A DNA stretch of 64,000 nucleotides from Spirochaetia bacterium (GCA_963675665.1 OY776510.1:2464001-2528000), one strand, 5' to 3'. Positions 9,079 to 19,520 are shown, counted from the first letter of the stretch. Numbers and translations: made by a program. Notes: generated by a model from the sequence alone, not told the origin.

Positions 9079-10095
9079 ATGGGAAGATTTCTTATAAAGA
9101 GGCTATCGCTTCTTATTCCGACATTACTCGGAGTGGTAACGCTTGTTTTTTTCATGATTGCGTTGTCGCCCGGAGACCCTGCAAGGGTAATGCTCGGAGA
9201 ACGTGCAAATGCACAGCAGCTTGAGGCTTTAAGGGCTGAACTGGGTCTGGACGAACCTCTCGGAGTTCAGTATGGACTTTATCTTAAAAGGGTTATCAGA
9301 CTGGATTTCGGAAAATCGATTAAATCCGGCCGGCCTGTAATGGACGAAATAAAAGACCTGTTTCCGGCAACAATTGAACTGGCTTTTTTTGCAATGATTT
9401 TTGCATCGGTTGTGGGAATAATCATAGGAGTATTATCTGCTACAAGGAAAAATACATGGATAGATTATACTTCCATGGTCGGGGCCCTGTTTGGTGTTTC
9501 CATGCCGGTCTTCTGGCTGGCTCTTGTTCTTATAATGGTTTTTTCTGTAGGGCTTGACCTGCTTCCTACAGGCGGGCGAATGAATGTCCGCTTTTATTTT
9601 GAACCGATAACGAATTTCTACATTATCGACGCAATTATTCTTCTGATAAGGGAAGGGGATCCAAAGTATCTCAGTTCCGCTTTAAAACATCTCATACTTC
9701 CGGCGGTTGCCCTGGGCACAATTCCTCTCGCAATTATAGCAAGAGTTACCCGCAGCAGCATGCTTGAGGTATTGAAACAGGACTATATAAAGACAGCACG
9801 GTCGGCGGGCATCAAGGAACGCCGGGTTGTATACCGCTATGCGCTGAAAAATGCGCTGCTGCCCGTAATCACAATAATAGGCCTTCAGTTCGGCCTTCTT
9901 TTATCCGGAGCAATTCTTACCGAAACGATCTTTGCCTGGCCGGGAATAGGGAAGTGGCTTTACCATGCGATAGAAGCAAGGGATTACCCTGCTGTCCAGG
10001 GCGGTGTTGTGATTATCTCTACAACTTTTGTTTTAATTAACCTGATAGTTGATATTCTTTACACAATAGTTAATCCAAAGATCAGGCTGCAATAG
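9079..10095 (+). CDS. dppB: Dipeptide/oligopeptide ABC permease
   Basis: PGDPA, LGLDEPL, SMPVFWL, RSSMLEVLKQDYIKTARSAG. Confidence 0.93.
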   Translation: MGRFLIKRLSLLIPTLLGVVTLVFFMIALSPGDPARVMLGERANAQQLEALRAELGLDEPLGVQYGLYLKRVIRLDFGKSIKSGRPVMDEIKDLFPATIELAFFAMIFASVVGIIIGVLSATRKNTWIDYTSMVGALFGVSMPVFWLALVLIMVFSVGLDLLPTGGRMNVRFYFEPITNFYIIDAIILLIREGDPKYLSSALKHLILPAVALGTIPLAIIARVTRSSMLEVLKQDYIKTARSAGIKERRVVYRYALKNALLPVITIIGLQFGLLLSGAILTETIFAWPGIGKWLYHAIEARDYPAVQGGVVIISTTFVLINLIVDILYTIVNPKIRLQ

Positions 10096-10104
10096 GATTA
10101 TTAT

Positions 10105-11001
10105 ATGAGTGAACATACAATTCAGATTACAAATATTGATGAACAGCCTGAAAAAGAGCCCGGACGCATTCAGGAGGCTTTCCATCAGCTGAAGAAGAAC
10201 AAGGGCGCCATAGCCGGGCTGATTATTATCGTCCTTTTCCTGCTTATGGCTGTATTTGCGCCTCTTATCGCGCCGCATGACCCGCTGGAACAGACAATAG
10301 ATTTGCGTAAATCACCGCCGCTGACAGAAAATTATATTTTGGGGACTGATGACCTCGGCCGTGATCTGCTTAGCCGTATCATATACGGCGGCAGAATCTC
10401 AATGATTATCGGGGTCGTCAGCGTCGGCATAGCCCTTGTTTTCGGGCTTCTGATAGGTGTGATTTCAGGCTATTACGGCGGTTGGCTTGATAAAATTATA
10501 ATGCGTTTGATTGATATCATGCTGGCTTTCCCGTATGTGCTTCTTACGATAGTCATTGTGGCGATCCTGGGGCCCTCGCTTATAAACGCCATGATAGCAA
10601 TCGGAATAAGCCAGATTCCGCGTTATGTGCGTATGGTCCGCGCAAGTGTTCTGGCCGAAAAAGAAGCCGATTATGTTGCGGCTGAACGTTCGCTGGGGGC
10701 TTCTGATTTTGAGCTGATGTTTCGGTCAATCCTTCCCAACTGCCTGGCGCCGATTTCCGTGCAGGCAACCCTCGGAGTCGGAGAAGCTATATTGAGCTCG
10801 GCCGCGCTTTCGTTTCTGGGGCTGGGTGCCCAGCCGCCTGCTCCCGAGTGGGGGCTTATGATCGCCAGCTCGCGCGAGTTTATTACAAGCGCCTGGTGGA
10901 TTGTAACCTTTCCGGGCATTGCCACGCTTCTGGCGGTTCTCGGTTTTAATCTCTTCGGAGACGGTCTGCGCGATATGCTGGATCCGAAATTAAGAGATTA
11001 G
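10105..11001 (+). CDS. dppC: Dipeptide/oligopeptide ABC permease
   Basis: LGTDDLGRDLLSRIIYGGRIS, LSFLGLGAQPP.PEWG, FNLFGDGLRD.LDP. Confidence 0.93.
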   Translation: MSEHTIQITNIDEQPEKEPGRIQEAFHQLKKNKGAIAGLIIIVLFLLMAVFAPLIAPHDPLEQTIDLRKSPPLTENYILGTDDLGRDLLSRIIYGGRISMIIGVVSVGIALVFGLLIGVISGYYGGWLDKIIMRLIDIMLAFPYVLLTIVIVAILGPSLINAMIAIGISQIPRYVRMVRASVLAEKEADYVAAERSLGASDFELMFRSILPNCLAPISVQATLGVGEAILSSAALSFLGLGAQPPAPEWGLMIASSREFITSAWWIVTFPGIATLLAVLGFNLFGDGLRDMLDPKLRD

Positions 11002-11009
11002 GGGGTAAT

Positions 11010-12011
11010 ATGACTGAAAACATGAACAACGGAGAAGTCCTCCTGTCAATAAGAAATCTGGATGTTAATTTTTATACATACCGTGGAATAGTAAGGGCTG
11101 TCAGGTCGGTTTCGTTTGATATCAGAAAGGGTGAAACCCTGGCGCTTGTAGGCGAATCCGGATGCGGAAAATCTGTAACAGCCCATTCAATCAACCAGCT
11201 TATACCGATGCCGCCCGGCAGAATAGACAACGGGGAGATTTTCTTTGAAGGCAGGGACTTGCTCAAGCTATCCGAGAAAGAAATAAGGGATTACAGGGGC
11301 GACAAAATCAGCATGATTTTCCAGGAGCCGATGACCAGCCTGAATCCGGTTTTCAGAATCGGGGATCAGATAGCTGATGTTTTCAGAACTCATCACGGGC
11401 TGAAAAATGAAGAAGCCCAACAGAGAGCGGTCAAACTGCTGGAGCTGGTTAAGATCCCGTCGCCCGCGCAGCGCGCCCGTTCATATCCTCACCAGCTGTC
11501 CGGAGGAATGAGGCAGAGGGCAATGATTGCAATGGCCCTGGCTTCACCAAACCCGGGGCTGATGATAGCCGACGAGCCGACAACGGCTCTGGACGTTACC
11601 ATCCAGGCGCAGATCCTGAGACTGCTTGCCGAACTGAAGAGCGAGATAGAAATGAGCGTTCTTCTGATTACTCATGATATGGGTGTCGTTGCTGAAACAG
11701 CCGACAGGGTTGTCGTCATGTATGCCGGCCGAAAGGTGGAAGAAGCTGAAGTTCATGAGCTTTTTGAGAATCCCAGGCACCCGTATACACTGGGGCTTTT
11801 AAATTCTCTTCCGTCGAATGAAAAGTATAAGGGGCAAAAAAGGCTCGAAGCCATAAGAGGGCAGGTCCCGGACCTGCTGAAAATAGGCGACGGGTGTCCT
11901 TTTGAGAATCGTTGTGATCTTGCAACGGAAATATGCAGAAAAAAGTTTCCTGAAAGAACGGAAATCGCTTCAGAGCATTCAATATGGTGTCATCCAGGTG
12001 GTAAACAATGA
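11010..12011 (+). CDS. dppD: Dipeptide/oligopeptide ABC ATP-binding protein
   Basis: GESGCGKS, YPHQLSGGMRQR, DEPTTALDVTIQAQ, C-terminal Cys cluster. Confidence 0.93.
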   Translation: MTENMNNGEVLLSIRNLDVNFYTYRGIVRAVRSVSFDIRKGETLALVGESGCGKSVTAHSINQLIPMPPGRIDNGEIFFEGRDLLKLSEKEIRDYRGDKISMIFQEPMTSLNPVFRIGDQIADVFRTHHGLKNEEAQQRAVKLLELVKIPSPAQRARSYPHQLSGGMRQRAMIAMALASPNPGLMIADEPTTALDVTIQAQILRLLAELKSEIEMSVLLITHDMGVVAETADRVVVMYAGRKVEEAEVHELFENPRHPYTLGLLNSLPSNEKYKGQKRLEAIRGQVPDLLKIGDGCPFENRCDLATEICRKKFPERTEIASEHSIWCHPGGKQ

Positions 12012-12973
12012 AAAAGCTTCTTGAAGTAAATAATCTTAAAACCTATTTTACAATTAAGCCCGAGAACCTCCAGGAAAAGAAAGCAATTTTAAAAGCAGTG
12101 GACGGCGTCAGTTTTGAAGTTTTTGAAGGCGAAGTTCTCGGTATTGTAGGTGAATCCGGTTGCGGGAAATCTACGCTCGGCCGTACAATCCTCAGACTGG
12201 AAGAAAAAACGGAAGGCGAAGTTCTATACCGCGGCAGGGATATATATGCAATGCCTGACAACGAGCTGAAGAAAGCAAGGACATCCATGCAGATGATATT
12301 TCAGGATCCGTACAGCTCGCTGAATCCCAGAAAAAAGATCAGTTCGCTTCTTGAGCAGCCCCTCCGGATTCATAATGTCTGTGCAAAGGAGGAAAGACCT
12401 TCAAGAATTGACGATCTGCTTGAAGAGATCGGGCTTGCGCCGAAGTACAAAAACCGGTTTCCGCACCAGTTTTCAGGAGGTCAAAGGCAACGAATCGGTA
12501 TTGCGCGCGCACTTGCGCTTAATCCTGAATTTATTGTCTGTGATGAGGCTGTTTCCGCCCTTGATGTGTCGGTTCAGGCGCAGATAATAAATCTTCTGCT
12601 GGACCTTCAGGACAAATACGGGTTCACTTACCTGTTTATCGCCCATGATTTATCCGTAGTTGAATTTATCTCCAACCGGATAATGGTTATGTACCTGGGG
12701 CGGATTGTCGAATACACCGGGAAAGAGGAATTATTGAAAAACCATCTTCATCCTTATACAAAGGCCCTGTTTTCAGCTTTCCCTAGTAATACTCCCCGGG
12801 GCAGGGAAAACCGCAAGCCGATTGTTATGGGTGATGTTCCGTCTCCGATTAACCCGCCGACGGGGTGTCATTTTCATCCCCGATGTCCTTTTAAAAAGGA
12901 CATCTGTATGAAAGAGTATCCCCAAATGAAGGAAGCCTCACCGGGACATTTTACAGCCTGTCATTTGTATTGA
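12008..12973 (+). CDS. dppF: Dipeptide/oligopeptide ABC ATP-binding protein
   Basis: GESGCGKST, FSGGQRQRIGIARAL, GCHFHPRCP...ACHL. Confidence 0.93.
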   Translation: MKKLLEVNNLKTYFTIKPENLQEKKAILKAVDGVSFEVFEGEVLGIVGESGCGKSTLGRTILRLEEKTEGEVLYRGRDIYAMPDNELKKARTSMQMIFQDPYSSLNPRKKISSLLEQPLRIHNVCAKEERPSRIDDLLEEIGLAPKYKNRFPHQFSGGQRQRIGIARALALNPEFIVCDEAVSALDVSVQAQIINLLLDLQDKYGFTYLFIAHDLSVVEFISNRIMVMYLGRIVEYTGKEELLKNHLHPYTKALFSAFPSNTPRGRENRKPIVMGDVPSPINPPTGCHFHPRCPFKKDICMKEYPQMKEASPGHFTACHLY

Positions 12974-12983
12974 CGAAGCAGAC

Positions 12984-14174
12984 CTATTCGGTTAACCCTT
13001 CTTCCCTGTGCAGCCCCTGATAGACGTCGTTTCGCCAGAGATCCCAGTCGGCTTCAATTCTGTTGCGGTACCGGCACGACAGTTCGATTCCGAGCCTGAT
13101 TAAACCTATATCGCGTTCAAGCTCAACCGCTTCTCCGGGGCGGCATTGAAGGTCGAAAACATGCCTTTCGGTATTATATATAAGCATTGCCTGGGCCGTT
13201 ACCCCTCCGACTTCGGTAGGCGTCAGAAGTACTGTTAAACTGCCGGTTACCGGATTGCCTTTTCGATCAGTGAAACTGAAGTCATACTCGCTGTTAAAAG
13301 GCTTGGAATCCGGCAGGTAGAATGTTTTATCGTCCCGGATAATTTTCTGCAGGTCGTAAAGCCTGTCGTTGAAATGACGGCTTGGGTCTTCCAGAACAAC
13401 CGATTTACCCGATTTGATCTCAAATTCCGTTTCCCATTTTTTAAAAAGAATTTCTGGTTCCTTGACAATACCGAAGTCATGACCTACATCAGTTTTTATA
13501 GTGTGCAGTCCCGGCTGAAGTTCAACTTCAACAGGTATCGTTGCATTTCCGGTGGTATAACCGTAAAACTCGCCGTCAATATAGATCCTGGCTCTTATCA
13601 TGGGTGAGAAAAACTTCAGAGTCCCCGGTGGCATCAGCGTCTCTTTTATGATAGGCCTGTCGCTCTCGGCAGTGCGAAATATGTGCCGCTTCCCGGTAAG
13701 TTCGCGAACGATTTTTTCAGCTACAAGGTGGATAATGTCTTCAGAGTTGCCCCGGCTTGAGAACGAAACAACCGCGCCGGTTTCAACATCAATCAGGGTT
13801 ATGTCGACCAGTACTTCAGTATCCATTACTATATAACCGCCGCCGGCCAGGTAATCGCTACCCAGCAGTTTTCCGGCTTCAACCGCATTCTGATCGTCAA
13901 AAAGTCCCGAGATCTGCATTTTCTGTTCATCAAGGACTTTATTCATAAGGCTTCGTTCCAGGAGGATTATTCCCTCGGTTCCTGAAATGTCCTCGCGAAT
14001 GACTGCAGTTATCAGAGCAGTCAGGTAATCATGCTCATCGTTTTCGTCCATGTTATCAAACCCGATAAGCGCCAGCCGTTTCTCCGGCTGTGCTTCCTGG
14101 CCGGTAACAGAGAGTGTAATAACAAGCAGAAGAAGCAGGAACAGGAGGGTTGTCTTTTTAATTGCAGTTTTCAT
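12984..14174 (-). CDS. Secreted protein with CsgG/FlgO/TolB-N-like domain and PEGA-like domain
   Basis: Signal peptide; LLERSLMNKVLDEQKMQISGLFD..AVEAGKLLG; ARIYIDGEFYG.T...LQPGLHTI. Confidence 0.7.
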   Translation of the reverse strand: MKTAIKKTTLLFLLLLLVITLSVTGQEAQPEKRLALIGFDNMDENDEHDYLTALITAVIREDISGTEGIILLERSLMNKVLDEQKMQISGLFDDQNAVEAGKLLGSDYLAGGGYIVMDTEVLVDITLIDVETGAVVSFSSRGNSEDIIHLVAEKIVRELTGKRHIFRTAESDRPIIKETLMPPGTLKFFSPMIRARIYIDGEFYGYTTGNATIPVEVELQPGLHTIKTDVGHDFGIVKEPEILFKKWETEFEIKSGKSVVLEDPSRHFNDRLYDLQKIIRDDKTFYLPDSKPFNSEYDFSFTDRKGNPVTGSLTVLLTPTEVGGVTAQAMLIYNTERHVFDLQCRPGEAVELERDIGLIRLGIELSCRYRNRIEADWDLWRNDVYQGLHREEGLTE

Positions 14175-15775
14175 TTTTTATTTCCCCTTATATCTGATTT
14201 CAGATCTTCAACAGGGACGGGCTTCCATCCTTCTGAAGAATCCTTCATTCCGTACACTTTATTAAGGCTTGATTTTAGACCCTCAAAAAGATTTTCAGCA
14301 GTTTGCTTGAAATCCTGTGAGGGATCAGTATCTGTCGGAAAGCGGCTGTCTTCAAGCATCAGACCGCTTGTCATAAACGATTCTATCAGCAGCTTTGCGG
14401 CAAGGTAGCGTTCATATTTATTAACGCCTATAATTAACGGATCATCAAGCATCCCGATGATTTCCCAGGTGACCTGTTCAGCCTGTGAATACGCCCCGGC
14501 GTCTTTATTCTGGTCGGTTATGCGCATCGGAAGGTTGCGGATAATGTTATCCAGATTTTCGGTAAGGTATTTTAGATTGAATAGTCCGGTTGCGCAGTTG
14601 TAAAGAATCTTTTTCCCTGCTGCTTCGTGGCTGTCCACTGTTTCACGTGATACTGCCGGACCGATGTCGGCGCAATTGAGTTTGCCGTACTGGTCGATTA
14701 TAAGAATACCGCCCTTGATATCTACAGGTGTTTTAAAGGAAAACTCGAAAGACGCCTGTTTGCCGGACAGCGCGGTTATTGCTACAGCAACCGGATCCGG
14801 CATGTTTCCAATATTATCAACATTGCTGATGTATATAAAACGCTTTCCGGGTTCTTTATACATATAACGGTAAATTTCGGAAAGAATAAGAAAGTTCTGT
14901 CCGTGACCTCCGGGTATCGGAAGCATTTCGCCGTCGCGTCCGTAAGCATTTGTAAAGATCTGTTTGGGCCTGCCGACATCAGAATGGGTAAATGCCGCAA
15001 TCATGGGCTGAATTCCGGTTAAAACATTTGTGATATCTATTCCTGTTTCCGCTATCAGATCTTTAAGAAGCGGGCTTGATTTGTATTCTTCAAGAGCTTC
15101 TGATATCCGGGCGTCTGTATGAACACTGGTCATCTGAAACATTGGGTTAAGGGCTGCACTTGCTTTATGGGCGGAGTCGCCTGAGAACAGTTCATTATCT
15201 GCATCGATCGTAAGCCTGTACCTGAGATTTTCTATCATCAGGGCGCGGAGTTTCAGTTCGATAAAAGTCGGGCCTTTTTCCCCGTTTGTATTTGTAAAAG
15301 CAGGTGTAATTCCCTTGGGCTTTCCTTCAGCGTGTCTTGATGATTTTTCAAACAGGCTTTTATAAAGCACCATCAGTTCCGGGTGTAGCGCGCTGTTTTT
15401 TTTGCTATCGATATAACTTGTTGCGGAACCGCCGTTTAGAATACCGTATGCAACATAGGGATAGAGCTGTACGCCTATACTGTGCAGATCTTCAACGGAA
15501 AAGCGTATGCTTTTTTGACTGTTTTGTTCGGATATCTTTCCGTACAGTGTTCCGAACAGGTATTCCCTGAGTTCCGGGTTGATTTCGCGAAGGTTGTCGC
15601 ATGCAGTATTAAAGTCACAGCTCCATGATGTTAAGCCTGCCCGGTCTATGATTCTGATTCCGTCTATTCCGGGGATACCGTTAACTTCAACCGGAACAAC
15701 ATTATCGTACAGACCGTTATTAATATTTTGTAAAATCTCGTTAGTCAGAGCCAGATCTATATATTTATTGTTCAT
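14171..15775 (-). CDS. UDPGP-type (eukaryote-like) UTP--sugar-1-phosphate uridylyltransferase
   Basis: LNGGSATSY, PKG, PGGHG, ISNVDN, KGG motifs. Confidence 0.8.
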   Translation of the reverse strand: MNNKYIDLALTNEILQNINNGLYDNVVPVEVNGIPGIDGIRIIDRAGLTSWSCDFNTACDNLREINPELREYLFGTLYGKISEQNSQKSIRFSVEDLHSIGVQLYPYVAYGILNGGSATSYIDSKKNSALHPELMVLYKSLFEKSSRHAEGKPKGITPAFTNTNGEKGPTFIELKLRALMIENLRYRLTIDADNELFSGDSAHKASAALNPMFQMTSVHTDARISEALEEYKSSPLLKDLIAETGIDITNVLTGIQPMIAAFTHSDVGRPKQIFTNAYGRDGEMLPIPGGHGQNFLILSEIYRYMYKEPGKRFIYISNVDNIGNMPDPVAVAITALSGKQASFEFSFKTPVDIKGGILIIDQYGKLNCADIGPAVSRETVDSHEAAGKKILYNCATGLFNLKYLTENLDNIIRNLPMRITDQNKDAGAYSQAEQVTWEIIGMLDDPLIIGVNKYERYLAAKLLIESFMTSGLMLEDSRFPTDTDPSQDFKQTAENLFEGLKSSLNKVYGMKDSSEGWKPVPVEDLKSDIRGNKK

Positions 15776-15824
15776 AGCATGATAATATCATATTATTACA
15801 ACATAAGCATTAATGGAGTTTTAA

Positions 15825-16790
15825 ATGGCAGCAAGAGTTTTCAGAATATTCTTTGCAACGGTTCTGCTTGTTTCTACAGCCGGATTGGTTTTTGCAGATG
15901 CGGAACAGTCTTCAACGGTAGCCGAAGTAAACGGCGCAGCGATAAGTTCGTTTGATGTAAGACGCGAAATGAATCTGATGTATCAGCAGGCGGTCACACA
16001 GGGCTATATGCCTGATCAATCGGAGCTTGATGTATACTGGAACCAGGCGCTTCAATCGCTTATCGGTCGCGAACTTCTTATGCAGGATGCTGATTCAAAA
16101 AACTATAAAGCTGATCCCGTCGAAGTTGACTCCTATATAAATGCTCTGACCATGAACTACGGTGGATCGGAAGGGCTTGAAGCTGCGCTTGACCAACAGG
16201 GCATGACGCTGGAAAAGCTTAGAAACGATACGATGCGCTATCAGGTGATAAGCGAATTTGTAGAGAAAGAGCTGAGACCCGGAGTCGTTGTAACGATGGA
16301 AGAAGCCGAAAAGTATTATTCTGAAAATAAAGAGTATTTTAATACTGAAGAAACTGTCACTGCCAGCCATATACTTCTGACTGTGCCGGAAGACGCCGAT
16401 GAAGAACAGCGCAGGGAAATATATGAAAAGATCAGCGGAATCAGAGAGCGTATTACAGCTGGTGAATCGTTCGAAGATCTTGCCAGAGAATTTTCCGACT
16501 GTCCCAGCGCAGAAAGGGGAGGAGATCTCGGCGAGTTCGGTCATGGCATGATGGTGCCCCCTTTTGATAAAGCTGCATTCGAACTTGAGCCGGGAGAATT
16601 GAGCGAACCGGTTTTGACACAGTTCGGGTATCATCTGATTAAGCTGACCGAAAAAAACGTAAGCCAGACTATTCAGTTCAGCGAATGCAATAATCAGATT
16701 ATTGATTATCTGACAGACGTGAAAATTGAGGAAGAGGTTAATCGGCTTGTGGCTGAATTATGGGAGAAAGCTGAAATTAACTTTTTTTAA
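15825..16790 (+). CDS. SurA/PrsA-like parvulin peptidyl-prolyl isomerase
   Basis: Signal peptide; VAEVNG; ASHILL, FEDLAREFSDCPS, GGDLGEF, PVLTQFGYHLIK. Confidence 0.92.
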   Translation: MAARVFRIFFATVLLVSTAGLVFADAEQSSTVAEVNGAAISSFDVRREMNLMYQQAVTQGYMPDQSELDVYWNQALQSLIGRELLMQDADSKNYKADPVEVDSYINALTMNYGGSEGLEAALDQQGMTLEKLRNDTMRYQVISEFVEKELRPGVVVTMEEAEKYYSENKEYFNTEETVTASHILLTVPEDADEEQRREIYEKISGIRERITAGESFEDLAREFSDCPSAERGGDLGEFGHGMMVPPFDKAAFELEPGELSEPVLTQFGYHLIKLTEKNVSQTIQFSECNNQIIDYLTDVKIEEEVNRLVAELWEKAEINFF

Positions 16791-16891
16791 TAGATGCCGG
16801 TGGCAACTGATTAAAAAGTTATCGATTTAGCTTGACTTATAAAACCTTATATATTATTTTAGATATATAAGAGTAATAAAGGAGGGCCGGT

Positions 16892-17242
16892 ATGGCTGAA
16901 GTAATAACATCGGAAGAATTTAAAGCAAAGGTTTTCGATTACGAAAATAACAAGGAATGGAAATATGAAGGCGACACACCCGCAGTAATAGATTTTTATG
17001 CTGACTGGTGTATGCCCTGTAAAATGCTTGCCCCGACAATAGAGAAATTGTCGAAGGAATATGAAGGGAAGGTTAATTTCTATAAGGTAAACACTGAAGA
17101 TGAACCGGAACTTTCCGGAGCATTCGGAATACAAAGTATTCCTTCACTTCTTTTTATTCCCATGGAAGGTCAGCCGCAGATGGCTGCGGGAGCGCTTCCG
17201 GAAGGGCAGCTTAAAAAAATAATCGATGAAAATCTGTTATAG
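16892..17242 (+). CDS. trxA: Thioredoxin
   Basis: IDFYADWCMPCK, GIQSIPSL; SD GGAGG. Confidence 0.92.
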   Translation: MAEVITSEEFKAKVFDYENNKEWKYEGDTPAVIDFYADWCMPCKMLAPTIEKLSKEYEGKVNFYKVNTEDEPELSGAFGIQSIPSLLFIPMEGQPQMAAGALPEGQLKKIIDENLL

Positions 17243-17266
17243 ATTTCTCATTTTCTCCTCCGACAG

Positions 17267-17306
17267 TAAAGCCTGATCTGCTGATGCAGACAGGCTTTTA
17301 TTTTAT
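17267..17306. terminator. Probable intrinsic terminator between convergent genes
   Basis: AAAGCCTG-a-TCTGC-tgat-GCAGA-CAGGCTTT followed by TATTTTATT. Confidence 0.65.
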
Positions 17307-18452
17307 TCACGCAGATAAATCAGCGTTGCAGACAAGCGGGTTCAGTTCCCCTGTTTTTTTTACTCCGCTCAGTAGATTTATGGAATCAAAAATATAATCA
17401 AGTTTGTCACTTCGCAATACCACCTTGTGTATTGTGGTATTTTTTTCAAGGGGTTCGGGAACAGGTTCGGAATTGAACAGAAATCTGTTGCTTACTCTGG
17501 AATCAAACCAGTGGACAAGAGAAATAGTATCCGAAGTGACTTCAATTCCGGTTATTCCGCGTTTCCCGATTGTGCACCCTGTATTGAAAAGACAGGGGAC
17601 AGGTATCCCTTTGCTGTACAAAAGCGACGCGGGTTCATATTCCGGTTTTGAATCGATGCAGATGTCATATTTGCGCTTCAGCTCCAATATTTGTAATTCA
17701 ATGTTCTTTCTGTTCTGAAAATCAGCTTTTCGGTACATTCGCAAAAGCGTTTCGATTGAGAAATGAAGAGAATCAGCTCTTGAAAGAGATTCAAAAAGGG
17801 GACGGTGGGTATGTCCGATGATTGATATAATCCGGTTTGTTCTTGAAAAATTGTAGGATCGTTTCTCAATCCTCATTTTTTTCATATGCCTGTGTTTTTT
17901 GGAGAAATTCCTGATCCCTACCGGATTTACAATATATCTCAGTAAAAAACTGTTTAACCTGTTAAGATACCTGTAGTAAACAGAAGCCTGATGGCCGTGA
18001 AAAATAAAAATTGGCGTGGCATTATTCTTGCCGATAAGTTTTACGGCCTGTTGTTCATTGTAGCGCTGGTCGTTCAGTTCCGAGAGTATATTATCATCAT
18101 GATTGCCGGTTATTTTAATCAATCTGTCTTCAAAAGCAAAATTGTCGAAAAGCCTGTAGGTATCGGCCCACCTGCTTCGTATCGAACTCATATTGAATTT
18201 CTGAAGTTCTTCAATATCACCGTTCAGAACAAGAGTGTAGTTTCTGTTAAAATAATATTCCTGCAGGGCCGAATTGAAGATTTCTGCATTCTTTTTAAAA
18301 TCGTCATTTTTCCTGCCGTTACCCATGTGAAGGTCGCTGAAGATAATAAAACCAGAACCCTTCTGAACTGTTATTTCGGCAGCTTCGTTGTAAAGCCTGG
18401 TCAGGTAAGAATTTATGGTTTTTTCGTAGTTTTCGAGTAATTTGTTTAACAT
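17307..18452 (-). CDS. Calcineurin-like metallophosphoesterase (LpxH-like fold)
   Basis: SDLH, NGDIEE, GNHD, FHGH, GHTH motifs. Confidence 0.85.
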   Translation of the reverse strand: MLNKLLENYEKTINSYLTRLYNEAAEITVQKGSGFIIFSDLHMGNGRKNDDFKKNAEIFNSALQEYYFNRNYTLVLNGDIEELQKFNMSSIRSRWADTYRLFDNFAFEDRLIKITGNHDDNILSELNDQRYNEQQAVKLIGKNNATPIFIFHGHQASVYYRYLNRLNSFLLRYIVNPVGIRNFSKKHRHMKKMRIEKRSYNFSRTNRIISIIGHTHRPLFESLSRADSLHFSIETLLRMYRKADFQNRKNIELQILELKRKYDICIDSKPEYEPASLLYSKGIPVPCLFNTGCTIGKRGITGIEVTSDTISLVHWFDSRVSNRFLFNSEPVPEPLEKNTTIHKVVLRSDKLDYIFDSINLLSGVKKTGELNPLVCNADLSA

Positions 18453-18605
18453 TCAATATTTATATAAGATTTCTGAATAAGGCTATTGTTAAATAATCAT
18501 TAAATTACTATGAAATAATCGCAGACCTTGCCGAATTCCCGATTTTTCTATATATTGTATAGATATAAAAACTACTCGAACAACTCTTGAACACAGGGGA
18601 AAGCC

Positions 18606-18920
18606 ATGAAACGTACTGATCTTGCACGTAAAGAAAGAGAAATAAAAAGAGCTATCAAGAAGGAGGAACGCATTGCCAAGGGTGAGAAAGTTGAACGAAC
18701 CATTGGTGATTATATAAATGAATTACATTCCTTCCTGTTTCATGATGAAACAAAAATCTACAATATTGCTGTTGATGAGCGGATTCCCGATCTTCTTGAA
18801 GAGATGATGATTGAAATGCCCGACAAACAATGGGAGAACATCATACGAAAAGCTGTTAGAAAAACAGGTGTGAAAGAAAAAGAGCCCGCAGTAAAGGAGC
18901 TCCTCGATTTTATTCAATAG
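18606..18920 (+). CDS. Hypothetical protein (104 aa, highly charged)
   Basis: SD-like AGGGGA upstream, terminator downstream, plausible composition. Confidence 0.75.
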   Translation: MKRTDLARKEREIKRAIKKEERIAKGEKVERTIGDYINELHSFLFHDETKIYNIAVDERIPDLLEEMMIEMPDKQWENIIRKAVRKTGVKEKEPAVKELLDFIQ

Positions 18921-18943
18921 AAAAATCAATAATTACAGAAAAA

Positions 18944-18974
18944 TATGGAGTTTTGATCATATCAAAACTCCATA
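18944..18974. terminator. Probable bidirectional terminator
   Basis: Perfect 14-bp stem TATGGAGTTTTGAT-cat-ATCAAAACTCCATA between convergent genes. Confidence 0.7.
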
Positions 18975-18986
18975 AAATTATAAATA

Positions 18987-19511
18987 TTAATAGTTGGTAT
19001 CAGCAAATTCCACCCAACCGCCTGCTTTGACAAGAGACTCATCGAAACCTGAAATACTGAAATCAAGAACTGTTTCTTCTCCGTCGGCTGAGATAATGAA
19101 TTTCCTGGCATCGAAATCGGTTTTGACGTCTGCTGACTTGGCTGAAAACTTTTTAAACAGCTGATCGATTGTATCGGCATCGATCTCTACAGCCATCATT
19201 CCGCAATTATACATGTTCTGTCTGAAAATACGGGCGAAATTCGGCGCAATCACGAGGTTTATGTCGTTAACCTCAAGTGCCCAGGGCGCGTGTTCCCGGG
19301 ACGAGCCGCATCCGAAATTTTCCCTTGTAATAATCACCTTTATATCTTTCAGATCCGTTGCCGGATCGAAACCGTCCATTTTCAGATCTTCCAGCAGGTG
19401 AGGGCCCATTGCTTTTTTTGTAATCTCGGTCAGGTACTTTGCCGGTATTATTTCATCGGTATTTATATCACTTCTGTCCAAAAAGAGCGCTTTTCCTGAA
19501 AAATTCTTCAT
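18987..19511 (-). CDS. leuD: 3-isopropylmalate dehydratase small subunit
   Basis: DINTDEIIPAKYL, NFGCGSSREHAPWAL, FARIFRQN. Confidence 0.92.
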   Translation of the reverse strand: MKNFSGKALFLDRSDINTDEIIPAKYLTEITKKAMGPHLLEDLKMDGFDPATDLKDIKVIITRENFGCGSSREHAPWALEVNDINLVIAPNFARIFRQNMYNCGMMAVEIDADTIDQLFKKFSAKSADVKTDFDARKFIISADGEETVLDFSISGFDESLVKAGGWVEFADTNY

Positions 19512-19520
19512 TTATTCCTC

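Noticed and set aside
16892-17242. Unusual thioredoxin active site WCMPC
   Set aside because: CxxC and cis-Pro (SIP) are intact; variation at this position is common
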